A stretch of 64,000 nt of DNA from assembly GCF_009914755.1 (NCBI RefSeq), contig NC_060946.1; one strand, given 5' to 3'. The stretch comes from the human T2T-CHM13v2.0 reference genome, Homo sapiens. Position 1 is the first letter of the stretch; every line of letters starts with the position of its first letter. Below are positions 30,481-45,794 of the stretch, piece after piece. A program made the translations under genes and the position numbers. The notes below the pieces were generated by a model. It made no database searches. It worked only from the letters and a program-made list of their open reading frames with translations, and was not told the DNA's origin.

Positions 30481-31657
30481 AGCACTGGAAGCATTCATAG
30501 CAGCTTACTATAGTTCATACAGATTTAAGAGATTCCAGCCATGAATGTCAAATAAGAAATGAAACAAAATTATTTTTAATATTAATAAAACATTTTTACT
30601 GATGTACAGTTTATAGATGCAGTGGATTTAACAAGAAAGATGTGAAGAAGTGAAAAGCTATTACATGACCACTAACTGGAAGGTTTTTCAAGGAACAGGA
30701 ATATGCAAGAACTTGCTTGTCCTGGAAGACCAAACCAGCCTAGTGAGAGCAAAGGACTAAAAGAGAGGACACAGGTAATGAGAGGTAATTTAAATGATTT
30801 TTTTCCTACTATAAAAAATACCTGGAGACTCTGAAAAAGGTGTCTACAAATATGACTGCTTAAGAAACTTAAGAGATACACAAAGGTGCATGCAAATTTG
30901 CTTAAGGCTTCCAGCTTCAATAAAATTTTGGTTAACTGAAAATTCACCTTTTGTTTTCTCCAGCCTTCTATGTTTCAGCCTTTATTGAAAAAGGTAAATC
31001 CTTTCTTATATATACCCTAGAAATTTGTGTCATTATTGTAAATAGTAATTGTTATAGAATGCTGTAGCTACAGGTTTAGGAGAATACTGACAATAAGAGT
31101 TTCTTTAAAGTTCTCTTATTAAAATAATATAATTAAAAAATGCATCAAAGATGTGGTTCAGTCCAGAAGTTGGTCTAATTCTGCCCTTTACTAGTGATCT
31201 TGGAAAAATCTTTAACCTCTGAATATAAACTTCATAATTTCCCTATTTTATATTATCACACATTCAAATAAAACAATTTATAAAATGATGAGTTTATCAG
31301 TTGTCTCATAAAATTAAGATTTTCTAATTTTTTACAGCATTCTAATAAATAGCTCATTCTGAAGGATTTATGAGATATTTTAGTTATGCTATGTATTTTT
31401 AGGATATACTTTCTAAAAGACTACCCAAAGGTTAAAAAGATTAATTCCAAAATTAAGCTTCCCATTTTTAATTTTTATCTATTTTTATTTTTTACAAGCC
31501 CACGGCTAACAACACGAGCTCTCCATTTAAAAAATAAACATCTACAGAAATCTAAATTCAAAATAACAAATCACACTGAGAATACATAGTTTTTTGCTGT
31601 CTCCATAAGGACTGTTTGGCAACATGCAGAACCAGGCTTTTAAAAATGTTCTGTATT

Positions 31658-31775
31658 GGCCAGGCGCAGTGTCTCATACCTGTAATCCCAGCACTTTGGG
31701 AGGTTAAGGCTGGTGGATTTCTTGGGCCCAGAAGCTCAAGACCAGCCAAGGCAACATGGCAAATCCCTATCTCTA
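31658..31775 (+). mobile_element. FLAM/Alu left monomer
   Basis: Single Alu arm. Confidence 0.85.
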
Positions 31776-32089
31776 TTGTGAATTCAATTTTTAAAATTTT
31801 AAAATTAAAAAAATGTGTTGTATAACACCATTGGCTGGCACACTGCCAATACAACATCATTACACCCGCTCCTAAATTAATAATCATTTTAACAATTCTG
31901 AAAGGAACACAGGAAATACAGGACCATCTGTGGAACCTGGAGAAACTGATGTAACATAGTATATCAGGCTCTATTCTGTGCATTTTACAGATATCTGTAT
32001 ACTTGTGGCATAATCCATAGTAATAATTTTAAAAAGAATGAGATCTTCAAATATTAGGAAAAACGCTGAGTAAAGTAATATAGATAAGT

Positions 32090-32290
32090 ACTAGGCCTGT
32101 TCTTATTTAACACTTTTTAGAAGTGACCTGGAACACAGAATATATAGTACTCTCTGAATTTGCAACTGAAAAGCCAATCAGAAGGAGATAAAAAGCAGTC
32201 AAATTTTCTAAAGACAAAGTGAGTAAGCAGAAAATGGGCAGGTGAGTTTCACTGGAAGCAAGAGCAACCCAGTGTATTTTTGGAAAAAAT
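32090..32290 (+). mobile_element. CR1/L3 RT remnant
   Basis: Degenerate pattern resembling LFNIFINDL...KFADD...WQM coding. Confidence 0.4.
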
Positions 32291-33099
32291 CTTGAATCAT
32301 ACTAATGGGATAACTGTGTTTTCAGTTCTAATAATTGAAATAAACCTCAGAATCACTGTGTATCATTCTCTGAATCCTCTGGTTTATTACACTATTCTTG
32401 ACAAAAAGCCTGGGGCACTAAGAAGATAGCATCTCCCCCACAATGTCCCCCGCCCCCATCCTTAGAAAAGCAGCAGCTACCTTGACACTTAGGTGTGACT
32501 GCAGCCTCCATACATCATGGAAAGAGACAAGGCCCCAAGGAGTTTTTTTGTTTTGTTTTATTTTGTTTTTAAAGAAAAGGGCAAATGAGGGGTCCCCACA
32601 TGCAAAAAGTCCAAGACTAGGATAAAGGTTTCCTCAGGCCAGGAATTCATGCTACTTTTCTACATTTAGAACCAATATTTTACAGTGCAAATAGGCTTAA
32701 AAATTTATTACAGGAAAGAATTGGTACAAGCTTAAAAAAAATGTTACAATGATTTTTATAAACTCACTGAATGACAGGCTCATAGTGAGGTCTGACTGGC
32801 ACAATGATATTTTGAAGTGTGTCCCTGGTATTATAGAGGACAATTTGCTCCCTGGTGTCCAAGAGAGAGAAGAGCAATTGAGCAGCCTGGGTCTGACCCA
32901 GCAAAACTGGAGTCCCCTGGTGGCTGAATGTGCCCGGTAATGTACCAAGGAGAAAATCATTTTAGGACATTTCCTGTATGTGTGTTTGGGAGGAGAGAGA
33001 CAGGCAGGGGCTGGGAAGCTTTGGAACAGGGTGGGCACGATGAGATGTCAGCTAATGAAGGAGGCCCTGCCTTCTCCATGGACAAATCCCCAGCTTTCA

Positions 33100-34100
33100 G
33101 GACAGTGTCTGGGACGTGGTAAGTACTCAAGAAATATTTATTAAATAAACAAATGAAGGAAAGAGGTACTTCTCCCTGTAGTCTCAACTCTTTGATTGTT
33201 TCCTCAGTGTTTCATCCAATCTCCAGAACCCCAGCTTCCTTTCCTCCATACTACTCAATTGAAATTTACCTTACTGAAGTCACTGAAGACCTCCAAATCA
33301 TGGCCAAATTTAATGGACATTTTATGTCTTCTTTGATTTGTCTGTGGTATTTGGCATTCCCTCCTTTGGGAAACTCTCACTCTTAACTTAAAATGATACC
33401 AGTCTTTCTTAACTTTCCTCTTTCCCTGTTCACCCTCTTCTCCATCGTACTCTTCTTCCTCCTCTACCATCCTCTCAATTGTTGTTGTTACTTGCAAGGT
33501 GTCATCCTCAGATCTCTTTTTACTGCACACCAGAGGTTCTTAACCCAAAGTGCATGGTTCCTAACACAGGCACCCCAGTAGAAATTTTTCTTATATGCAT
33601 TTCCACGCAGAGAGGATCTGTAGTATTTATCAGATTCTCAAAAGGGTCCAAACCTCAAAGAAGTTAACATTGCTGACCACACTTGCTCAAGGTGTTCCAA
33701 CTCATTCTATCACTTCAGTTACCAAGAATTTACCCTGACGGCTCCCACATTTCTATTTTTGAGCACATACATCTCTTCTGAACACCATGTTTCTATTCTT
33801 TTTCCCTTGAATATGGCCGACTATATGGGTTATTCATCCTTCAAGGCTTACTTCAGAAATCCCCTACTCCAGAAAGCCTTTCCTGACCCTACTTGCTCCC
33901 ACATCTGGTTTAGGTACCCTTATCTGTGAGCATACTTTACCTTAGCACCTAATCCATGGTACATAACGGTTGGAGTTACTGTTCTGCATAACTATGACTA
34001 GACTATGAGCAGTCTGAGGGTAGAAATCATGTTTTATACTATATCCCCAGTTCTTAACCCAGTATCTGAATACACAGTAAATGAATGTTTGTTGAAATCA
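33100..34100 (+). mobile_element. L2 fragments
   Basis: gtactcaagaaatatttattaaataa; ccagaaagcctttcctgacc; aatgaatgtttgttgaa. Confidence 0.65.
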
Positions 34101-34199
34101 AACAATAATGCCTTGATTTCTATTACTCTAGCCATTTATTTATTCACACATGGATACATCAGAATGAAGAGCACCTATGTAGTTATCAAAATATTATAA

Positions 34200-34663
<464 letters not shown>

Positions 34664-35744
34664 TAGTTCAGATTCTAGACAAAATAATACCCACTCATTT
34701 AAAAAAAATTTTTTTTAGGTGTTCTTGTCATACAGAAGTAACTCAGCTTCCCTACCTTCCACCCACATACCAGCACTGCTATAAAAGTGGATCTAAGAGT
34801 CCCTGTCTACAAGGCAGGGCTTGCTCCAACTTTCCCAGGCTGCCTCTGACACCCAAGTGAAAGGCAACATTAAAGGGAGAGCATTTCCTGCAATAATAAA
34901 AACTTGTTGGTATAAAGGCTCTTCACGGCACGCCCCCACACAATAACCCTAACTAAGTGTAAATAACAATTTACACCTAACAGATATTAAATACCTTTCC
35001 AGAAGCACCTCTAATACAATACCACTTTAATATCCTTTGCCCCAACATTCCCCTTAACATAAATGAAGTCAAATTACAGCTAACTCTATTATTTCCCTAA
35101 CTTTATTTCTCTAGTTTAGGCAGAGTTCAGTCATATAGAACCCATTCACCATTCAAAAAAAAAAAAAAGTGAGTGTGAAATTTGAAATCAAATGCTTTAG
35201 ATCTTATAGGCTTATAAAAAACAATCCTCATTTATTTCCTGTTCCCCAAAGTCAAACCTTTAGCACAAAACCACAAATAACATAAACTAAGACATCAGTG
35301 AGGCCAGGCAAATCAAAAAATTTAATTCACAAATTACTACATGTCTTTGGGTAACTTATTCATATCTTTAAGAAATCCCAAACCCCAGATAACTAGAGTC
35401 ATACATACAACTGAAATTATGTGTACATTGTACACATCCCTGTGAGGGATTAAGGAAAAGGTTCTCAGACAAATATGAAAATGGATGGGATGTAAACAAA
35501 TTTATCAATAACTGGGTTGTCAAGAAGATAATACATGATTAATCTGTGAAAATTGAAGACTGCTCTTTATCCAACGGCATGCCACGAATATGCCATGCCT
35601 CTATTATTAAGTTACAGGAAACTTTGTTGTCTTGTTCACCACTAATATCCCTGTGTCTGGCATAGTATCTGGCACACAGTAGGTACTCAAAAAACAGTTG
35701 GTACACAATAAACTAATTCAGAATGAGAAAATAAATTCAATTTA

Positions 35745-36085
35745 TATAAATTATAAAACTTGCATGTTAATATAATTATATAAACTATATAAGTATAAAC
35801 TATACTTGCATATGTTAATATAATTACATACACTATATAAGTATAAACTTGCATGTTAATATAATTACATAAACTATATAAGTATAAACTATACTTGCAT
35901 ATGTTAATATAATTACATACACTATAATTATAAACTTGCATATGTTAATATAATTACATAAACTATATAAGTATAAACTATATAAGTTAATATAATTATA
36001 TAACTATGTAAGTATAAACTATATAAGTTAATATAATTACACAAACTATATAAGTATAAACTATATAAGTAAATAAATTTATATA
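35745..36085. repeat. AT-rich minisatellite (variable unit of about 42-48 bp)
   Basis: Recurring gttaatataatta[c/t]ata[a/c]actatataagtataaact. Confidence 0.9.
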
Positions 36086-36086
36086 G

Positions 36087-36087
<1 letters not shown>

Positions 36088-36124
<37 letters not shown>
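36088..36124. repeat. (TG)n
   Basis: Direct. Confidence 0.95.
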
Positions 36125-36127
<3 letters not shown>

Positions 36128-36229
36128 GCTTAACACCAAGGTCAACTTCCCATGAAGAAATGGAGAGCCTAATATACTCTACAGCATTTTGAGGACCTGA
36201 GCATACCTCAATATCAAAAGTGTCCTTTA

Positions 36230-36527
<298 letters not shown>

Positions 36528-38574
36528 TTAGATAGGTAAATTTCTGTCTCTCAATTTTCTAGATGCCTAATATCCTTAAGCTGTCCTTGGCTACCCTAAA
36601 CCCTCAAATCAGGAAATTTAGCTATACCTCCAATAATTTAAGACCCTGTTTCCTCTTCCTCCAACTGCCCCATTCACCACTTGGATGACAGGTTAAGTAA
36701 AAGTGCCTAAGGAAAACCTGTGATAAAAGACAATACCCTTAACTTGCAACAAGTTACATTTTAACCATCTGATCAGAGGCAGTAAATGTTTAATCTGAAA
36801 GACTGTCTATAAGAATAACTTCAGGAACAGTTTCTTAAATAGATTTGTCTGGGCAGGGAGACTACATTCATTGTCCCTTAAATCACAAGCAAGCCTGTAT
36901 CTCCTTACTCTGCCTGATTTTAAACTAATTTGGCCAGACTAGGTTCTACGAAAATTATAACTAATAAAATAATCATTTTCAATGGCACACTCTTAAAATA
37001 GGCATGATTTAGCAATGAAAGGTCAAGTACCTAAAATATTTTCGAACTTTCTGTTGAAGAGAACTCACTTTGTTTCATTAACTCAAAACTAGCAATTCTA
37101 GAAATAACTTAATTAAAAATAGATGTAAAACCTTTCATTAAAAGAAATACTGTTCAATCATGTCCTCCATAACGTCCAACTGTATAATGCATTAGTATGA
37201 AACTGCAAGCATTATGCAATGGAAAGCTTGGATTTAACTAAGCAAAAGAATATATAAAAGAAGCTAAAAACATTTTATAACTGTAGTTAAGAGTTTGGGT
37301 AGTAACCAACCATCTACTACTCATTTATAAATGCACTGAAAAAAACTGTTACTTTAAAAAAGTAATAAATAAGATTGTAAAATAGCTTGGGATCCTTCAA
37401 TTTAAAATTGTTTTTTTTTAATCCCATTAGCTTTCCTATGTGGCAGAATGGAGAGTAAACCCTTAAATTTTAATATCCCATTACCTCCATTTCTAAACGA
37501 CGTTAATTTCAGATAGAATAAACCTACAAATGGAGTAAAGCCAGGAAAGTGTAGTTTCAAATACTGTGCACTACATTTATCAGTACTAAATACTAATAAC
37601 CAAAAAAATTGGGGGTGGAAAATTCATCTTATTATGAATATTGATTAGAATTTTGCTGCAAAAGACTTTCATCAAACCATGTCATAATTTCTGAACAGGA
37701 ACTCTTTAATCCACCCCAAAATTGGGAGGGGGAGATGGTCAATTTCCTTCCTCAAAAAATTCAATTACATACTGTAATTATTTTTTCATATATGTCTAAT
37801 ACTTCAATTCACTTGGGAAACATTTTTACTTTTTCAACTTTTTCCTCAAAGAATTTTACTTATGTTATAGTTACTATAATTCCCATACTTTGCTGGTTGT
37901 GGGTCAGAAATTTACTGTTCACAGATGTTTCTCATTGAAAGCACATTAATATTTACTTGTAAAAAGACCTGGTTCTAATCTAGTCTCATAACACTTCCAG
38001 CCTTAAGCTGTTACAAAGCCCAAGCTATTGTTTTATGTCAGTAGAGATACAGTTCATAGATAAGTGAAATCCACAAATATATCAAAACCTCATTATCGTA
38101 AATATAAAATACTCTTAATTTGAATAATCCAAAATAACAGAAACAGTTATATCATTAATATAAAACATATAATATAGACCTCTATTAGAATATAGTTAAA
38201 GAGAAACATAATCACAGCCACTGCCATATGATTGCAATATTGATAGCTTTAGACTTGAATGAAAGCTGTAAGTTTACTCCAGAGAGCTTACCCAACAGGC
38301 CCAATCCAAAATAGCTTGGGCCTTTAGGCCCAAAATACCTAATAAGATGTACTAGTTAGTCCATTATTTCTTTTAACTCTATGCATTCCGGTCCAACCTG
38401 CAACATAGGTGCTAATTATTAGAGAAATGGCTATTTGAAAGAAAAAAATAATTAAAGGAACATGAAAACAAACTAAAACAAACTGACAGACCAAGTAGTA
38501 TCTTTAATTCAGAATTAATTGTATTAACTGTATTTATTTTCTTATTCTAGGTTTCCATCACAATATTTCAAAAA

Positions 38575-38725
38575 ATCATGATAGCTCAGAGGTCATCTGG
38601 CCCAACTCCTTCATTTTATATACAACAAAACTAAAGTCAAGAAAAATTGAAGTTATTTGAGCATGAACATGGTGGTGGTTAACTCTATTGCTGGAACCAG
38701 AATCCAGGACTCCTAACTTCAATTT
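38575..38725 (-). mobile_element. MIR
   Basis: cattttata...gaatccaggactcctaac. Confidence 0.55.
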
Positions 38726-39026
38726 TTCTTACTATAAGATATTCAGAAATATGCTTGGCAATGACCTAACATTTTCTGATTCTAAATTTCAACAAGTTAA
38801 CAAATAAGATGTTACTAATGTCATCACAAAATAGTCTAAAACGTTAGACTAAAAATAGTCTTAGTGGGGAAAGATGCCCTCTACTTTATATATTACCTTT
38901 CTGGAAAATACAACATTTGGAAACTGCCAACTGTGCCTCTCATCTGCTCAAAACAAAGCCTAAAGTTTATCATAATATGATGGGTTTTTTACATTACATT
39001 TATATTGTCCAGCCCACCTGGTTCAA

Positions 39027-39050
39027 AACACACACACACACATACACACA

Positions 39051-39093
<43 letters not shown>

Positions 39094-39097
39094 ACAG
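39027..39097. repeat. (CA)n
   Basis: Direct. Confidence 0.95.
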
Positions 39098-39945
39098 AAT
39101 CTCTCCAAAGTTTCAGAACTTCTAGGGGTGAATGCCAACCACCTTTGTCTGGCCGCCAATACTATAAATTAAATCCTCTTATTACAGTAAATTAGCAAAA
39201 AGCACTGGGAAAGCTAGGCTCTGAATGGTACCGGGTCAAAAGACAGAAAGCCTTGTAGGCATTTCATTCCACCATAAAGCTTCACATAAATCAAACAGTA
39301 TCTAGAAATTATAACCCTTAGCTTACCTGGACAACAGGATATTGATAATCCATACAATATACACCATACATAGCAAAAGGGAAAAAATCTTCAGATAAGG
39401 ACAGTACAAAAAGTGTCTAAGTTTTTGCCTTGTTTGCGCTGGCTGTCCTGTCCAAAGGAACTAGGTAGCACCAAAAAAATCCTTCGCTGACCTCCAGTCT
39501 ACGCAGATAGGTATGCTGGCTCAGCTGATGAAGTCGGAGCTTGGTTGAGACCAGGCCTCCACCCCAACAGGATTTGACAATACACAGAAGAGATGTTCAG
39601 AAAAAAGCAAAAAGCTTTGAGTTACTAGTTACAGACTGAAAACTACACTGGAGATTTGCTGTTACTGTTGGTTTTTAAATTGACAACTCAACCAGAAACT
39701 CAAGAGGCAGAGAATGACAGCCAGGGAAGGGAACACAGGCTCCTCACACTGGCACACAAACACGGTAGGAAGTCTAAGGTATCCAGGAGCCAAAATAATA
39801 TATATGTTCCAGGCTTTAAGTGCGTCAGAGAATACTCCCAATCCAGGACACAGAAAGGCAGATGGGACTGGTATTACTACTCTATTCTTTCTTGGGCGGG
39901 GAGCATGTACCCGTGTGCACGCATGCGCATTCTCTGTCTCTCTCT

Positions 39946-39947
<2 letters not shown>

Positions 39948-39995
<48 letters not shown>
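39948..39995. repeat. (CA)n
   Basis: Direct. Confidence 0.95.
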
Positions 39996-40000
<5 letters not shown>

Positions 40001-41305
40001 CTCACTGTCTCCGGCAGAGACAGGTGTTAGGATTAACAGTATAAAACCTTTCTGCCACGGAAAGGAATGGGAGAAAAAAGTCACACTGATACACGCAGTA
40101 AGGGGATCCCTTTCATGACACTGTATGTTTTTGTATCATTTAACACCTCCCTCGCTGTGCTTTAACAGAGGTTAGGACAGCTGGCAGGATCAGCACTAGA
40201 AAAGAAGAAAGTGGCCCCAACTCTGAGGCAACATGAGTCCACTGGAGGCCTCCAGATATGCAGGGTACACTTGCTCAGCTGTTCCAGTCAAACTTGGAAG
40301 GATTAACTCCGGCTGTCTGCAAAAAGGTGGGGGTGGAAAGGTCTTTTCAGAAAAGCCAGTTGCTTTTCTCCTTTTAGGGAGCTGCTATACCCACCCTGCC
40401 ATTATATACAAATACACATGTGCACACATATTTCTATAACAGATATTAAAAGCAGTAACAAACATGGACAGGTGTTAGGTTTGTCTGACAAAGCACAATA
40501 GGTTCAAGAGTTGGCTTTCAGAGCCTAAATGGCCCATCAAAAATCAGAAAACTGCTAAGTAATCCTTAGAAAAAGGACACAGAGTGAGCAGAAAGTGAAA
40601 ATTAATGTTTATTAAAAGACAAACCAGTTGTAACTATTGATCCTACGAAATCTTCTATTTGGAACAAGCATTCAAAATTTCAAAATGGTAAATAATTCTA
40701 AATAAGTTTCAGGGGCTATGACGTCCCTAATCGTGGAGAGCCAGTAATATTGTAACATGCTTTTGGATGATTAAACCATGAGGATTAAATGCAACTGTGA
40801 GGGCATCTGTGAGAATTTAAGTATTACCATGCCCTCCATGCCCCGCCCCCATCAGTGTAATTCTTCTCCTTTTACGGTCACTGTAATTTATTTTAGGATT
40901 GTTCAGAAGAAACAGATTTTTAAGAGTCAAAATGGCTATAGCATATTTTGATGGTATTCTTGGTTAAACATTTACCTGAACTCAGTTCTAACAGATTAGG
41001 AGGACCACTATACTCGATTATCTTCAATTTGCTGGTACTGATTCTATGTGCATTACACATGAAGAACAAGAATAAATCTATTCAGTATAATTAATAAAAC
41101 ATTTATTGAACATCTATTGCAGACAAAATATTGTACTAAGCCCTGGAGAAATGAACACAGTTCTGTTGTCAATGAATTCACAGTTTATGGGAGAAATAGA
41201 TAAGGACACAGGCAAAGCCAAAAAGCAAAACAATGCTACAGCACAAAACTAAATATTGTAAGCAACTTCTCATACATGGAAAAACATTTTTTAAAAATTA
41301 CTCTT

Positions 41306-41627
<322 letters not shown>

Positions 41628-41746
41628 TTATAGTCTCTCTCACCATTAGAACTATAAAACCCTACTTTGTCAATTCTTAACAGAGATTATCAAAGCCTCA
41701 TAACATTTCAGATGTGCTTTGCCATACCTTAAGGGATTATAATATA

Positions 41747-42087
41747 CAGTCAGCCCTCCTTATCCTTGGGTTACACATTTGTGAATTCAACCAACTGCAA
41801 ACAAAATATTTGTGAAAAGCAATAAAAAAAACCCAATACTGTATAATAACAAAAATATAATACAAATTTTAAAGACAATAGTTATAATAATTATTTACAT
41901 AGCATTTACATTGTTTTGGAAATTATAATTTAGAGATAATTTAAAGTCTACAAGAGGATGAACATAGGTTATATGCAAATACTACACCATTTTATATAAG
42001 AAACTTGAGCATCTGCCAATTTTGGTATCTGCAGGGGTGTGAGAGGGTGTATCCTGGTACCAATCTCCCACAGATATGAGAGGACTA
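41747..42087 (-). mobile_element. MER2-family Tigger element
   Basis: taggttatatgcaaatactacaccattttatataag; TA-flanked cagtcagccc terminus. Confidence 0.8.
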
Positions 42088-42142
42088 TATATTCTAACAG
42101 TCTCCTGTATAGGTATTAAAATGGTAATTAAGAAATAACAAA

Positions 42143-42266
42143 AGACTGGGTACAGCAGCATGTGCCTGTAGTCCCAGCTACTAGGGAGGATCATTTGGGC
42201 CAGGAGTTCAAGTCTAGCCTGGGCAACATAGTGACACCTTTCTTTTTAAAAAAAAAAAAAAAAAAA
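42143..42266 (+). mobile_element. Alu monomer fragment
   Basis: Single deleted arm with A tail. Confidence 0.8.
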
Positions 42267-42772
42267 GAATGTTTCTGCAATAAAACCTTATGCTAAATTT
42301 CCTCTTCTAATCAAATCAAATAATTATTAATCCTTCTTCCTCCCTGTACACTTCTGTCATTTCATACATAGCAGTACAGCAGGATGGGCCACATATACAC
42401 TTATAAGCTAGTATCTTAAATCACTATTAAATCTCCTAAGATTCTTCTTGATATGAAGACTGGAAAATGATGATATGTCTTATACATCATAAAAGGCTGT
42501 AATAATGAACTATGACTGACTAACTTAAACTTCAAGAGTTAACCCAGTTCAATATTTGGTGACTTAATTATAGAGGAAATTCCCAGATGCTGTTGTATTT
42601 AAGATGAAAGACTGTAATTCAAATCCTAAAACAACTGACATAATTTAAGCATGAAAGTGATCCCCAAATGTTATTGAAGGCCTAGTCAATTTCCAGAGAA
42701 AGATTTAAATTCTTCTAGACTATACATACAAGGTGAAAAGATACGACTGATGCATTATTAAATGAAAAAAAT

Positions 42773-43083
42773 TGCCAGGCACAGTGGCTCATGCCTGTAA
42801 TCCCAGCACTTTGGAAGGCCAAGGCGAGCGGATCACCTAAGGTCAGGAGTTTGAGACCAGCCTGGCCAACATGACGAAACTCCATCTCTACTAAAAATAC
42901 AAAAATTAGCCGGGCGTGGTGGTGGGTGCCTGTAATCCCAGCTACTCAGGAGGCTCAGGTGGCAGAATCATCTAAACCTGGGAGGCTGAGGTTGCAGTGA
43001 CCCGAGATCGTACCACTGCACTCCAGCCTGGGCAACAAAGTGAGCCTCTGTCTAAAAAAAAAAAAAAAAGAAAGAAAGAAAAA
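42773..43083 (+). mobile_element. AluSx
   Basis: Alu dimer. Confidence 0.9.
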
Positions 43084-43289
43084 TATTATGTTGTTTAATA
43101 ATGTGTTATAGTTCTATATTTGTAAATGAAATTATATAGGGGTATGCATGCATGTATGAATCTATGTGTACATCAATCAATAAATTATGTATGTAATTAG
43201 ACTTTGAAAAGCAGTGCTCCAAATAAAATGAAAAAACTAAAAAATTTATTGTGTAATTAGTTAAGCTTTTATTAAGTCACATATAAGTT

Positions 43290-43416
43290 AGACATGTATG
43301 TATATGTATACACATATACGTAATGTATTGGTTGACATACACACCAATATATGCCATATGTCCACACATTATATATACACATACCATTATATGCCATACA
43401 TATACATATATATACA

Positions 43417-43462
<46 letters not shown>
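43290..43462. repeat. TA/CA-rich tract plus (TG)n
   Basis: Direct. Confidence 0.85.
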
Positions 43463-43465
<3 letters not shown>

Positions 43466-43687
43466 CCATTAAGACAAAACTAGTACCTCCAGGCGGTGGA
43501 ATGGGGTGGTGGCTGGTTTTCGCTTACTAATTTAGAGATAAATTTCCAATCGTTCATACACATTTAAATTAGCATTAACTGCTCCTATAATTTGTTAAAA
43601 GTTTAAAGGAACCAAAACAGATTTTACTTTCAATACAAGTACTTTAAAAATTATTAATATTCCCATGGTCTCTGATTTATATGACTA

Positions 43688-44008
<321 letters not shown>

Positions 44009-44061
44009 TTACCTAACATAATGTGATAACTATAAACTCTCATTTAAGACTAGAGGATATA

Positions 44062-44366
44062 GGCTGGAAGCAGTGGCTCATGCCTATAATCCCAGCACTC
44101 TGGGAAGCTGAGTCAGGAGGATTGCTTGAGGCCTGGAGTTTGAGACCAGCCTGGTCAACATATTAAGACCCTGCCTATAGCCCCGCCCCAAAAAAATTAG
44201 CTGGGTATGGTGGCACACAGCATGTGCCTATACTCCCACCTACTTCGGAGGCTGAGGTGGGAGAATCACATAAACCCAGGAGGTCAAGGTTACAGTGAGT
44301 TATGATCATGCCACTGTACTCTAGCCTGGGCAACACAGCAAGACCCTGTCTCTTGAAAAAAAAAAA
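44062..44366 (+). mobile_element. AluJ
   Basis: TSD aagactagaggatata. Confidence 0.9.
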
Positions 44367-45173
44367 GACTAGAGGATATACACAATAAAGAATCTTAATC
44401 TTTAGATATATGATTAAGATATCTCACCTAGGTTCTGCTGAAACCATGCCCAGGTATAGCTTAAATCATCAGCTCTTCAGAAAAATGTCAAAATAATGTA
44501 ATATTTGAATTATAACTCTTATACTTTATCTTGCCTTTTACCCATTTCTTTCTGTAAAATTTTTTTAATTGCTATAATTTGAAGACTAATAACTTAGTCA
44601 AACCAAAATTTGAAATAATACTGATGGAAAAAAAAAGGAGAATCTTTTACCTATAAGACAAAACACACTACAAAAAATCAAATTATAAACTTGAAAGGTT
44701 TCTCTCTCTTTTCTTGATATGGTCTTTCTTCAGAATAATGTAGCCTCAGTTATTAACAGAAAGAAATTCCATGCATGGATCAATAGCTCAACATCATTCT
44801 TTCAGTATTTTTCCCATTTATCAAAATGATTTTAAAAATAGAAACAAAAAATGAAAATATTTTCAACTCAGAAATTACTCCTGAGTCCCCTCCCTCATCA
44901 GAAAAGACTGGGTATTTCCTTAAAATTTTAAATAATATATTTACTCAAAAATTCTAGAAATAAAAAGACTAATTTTCCACAATAAACTCAAGAGTTATTG
45001 GCTGATGATGCCAATCTATTCCACTTTCAAGTTTACACTCTACAATATTATGGATGCTTTTATAGTATTAAAGTTCATGTGTCCTGATCAATAAAAAACA
45101 TGAATTCAGAAAATAGTCCTTCATGTATATTTCCATACATCTCTTTAGCAAAGACATGCAATACCAATTCACT

Positions 45174-45467
45174 TTTTTTTTCTGAGACGGGGTCTCACTC
45201 TGTCACCCAGGTTGGAGTGCTATGGCACAATCTCAGCTCACTGCAACCTCTGCCTTCTAGGTTCAAGGATCCTCCCACTTCAACCTCCCAAGTAGATGGA
45301 ACTACAGGCGCATGTCATGGCTCCTGGCTAATTTTTTCAACTTTTTTTGTAGACATGGAGCTTTGCCATGTTGCCCAGGCTGGTCTTCAACTCCTGAGTT
45401 CAGGCGATCCACCTGCCTCAGCCTCCCAAAGTGCTGGGATTATGGGTGTGAGCCAGCATGCCCAGCC
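45174..45467 (-). mobile_element. AluJ (left member of inverted pair)
   Basis: Reverse Alu; TSD about caattca(c/t)tttt. Confidence 0.9.
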
Positions 45468-45501
45468 CCAATTCATTTTTCAACATAAGTTTTAACACTT
45501 G

Positions 45502-45794
<293 letters not shown>

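Noticed and set aside
35761-35855. TGCATG copies in the minisatellite as an RBFOX site array
   Set aside because: They are on the plus strand; the RBFOX2 transcript reads CAUGCA.
35745-36085. CRISPR-like array
   Set aside because: Tandem units without unique spacers, in human DNA.
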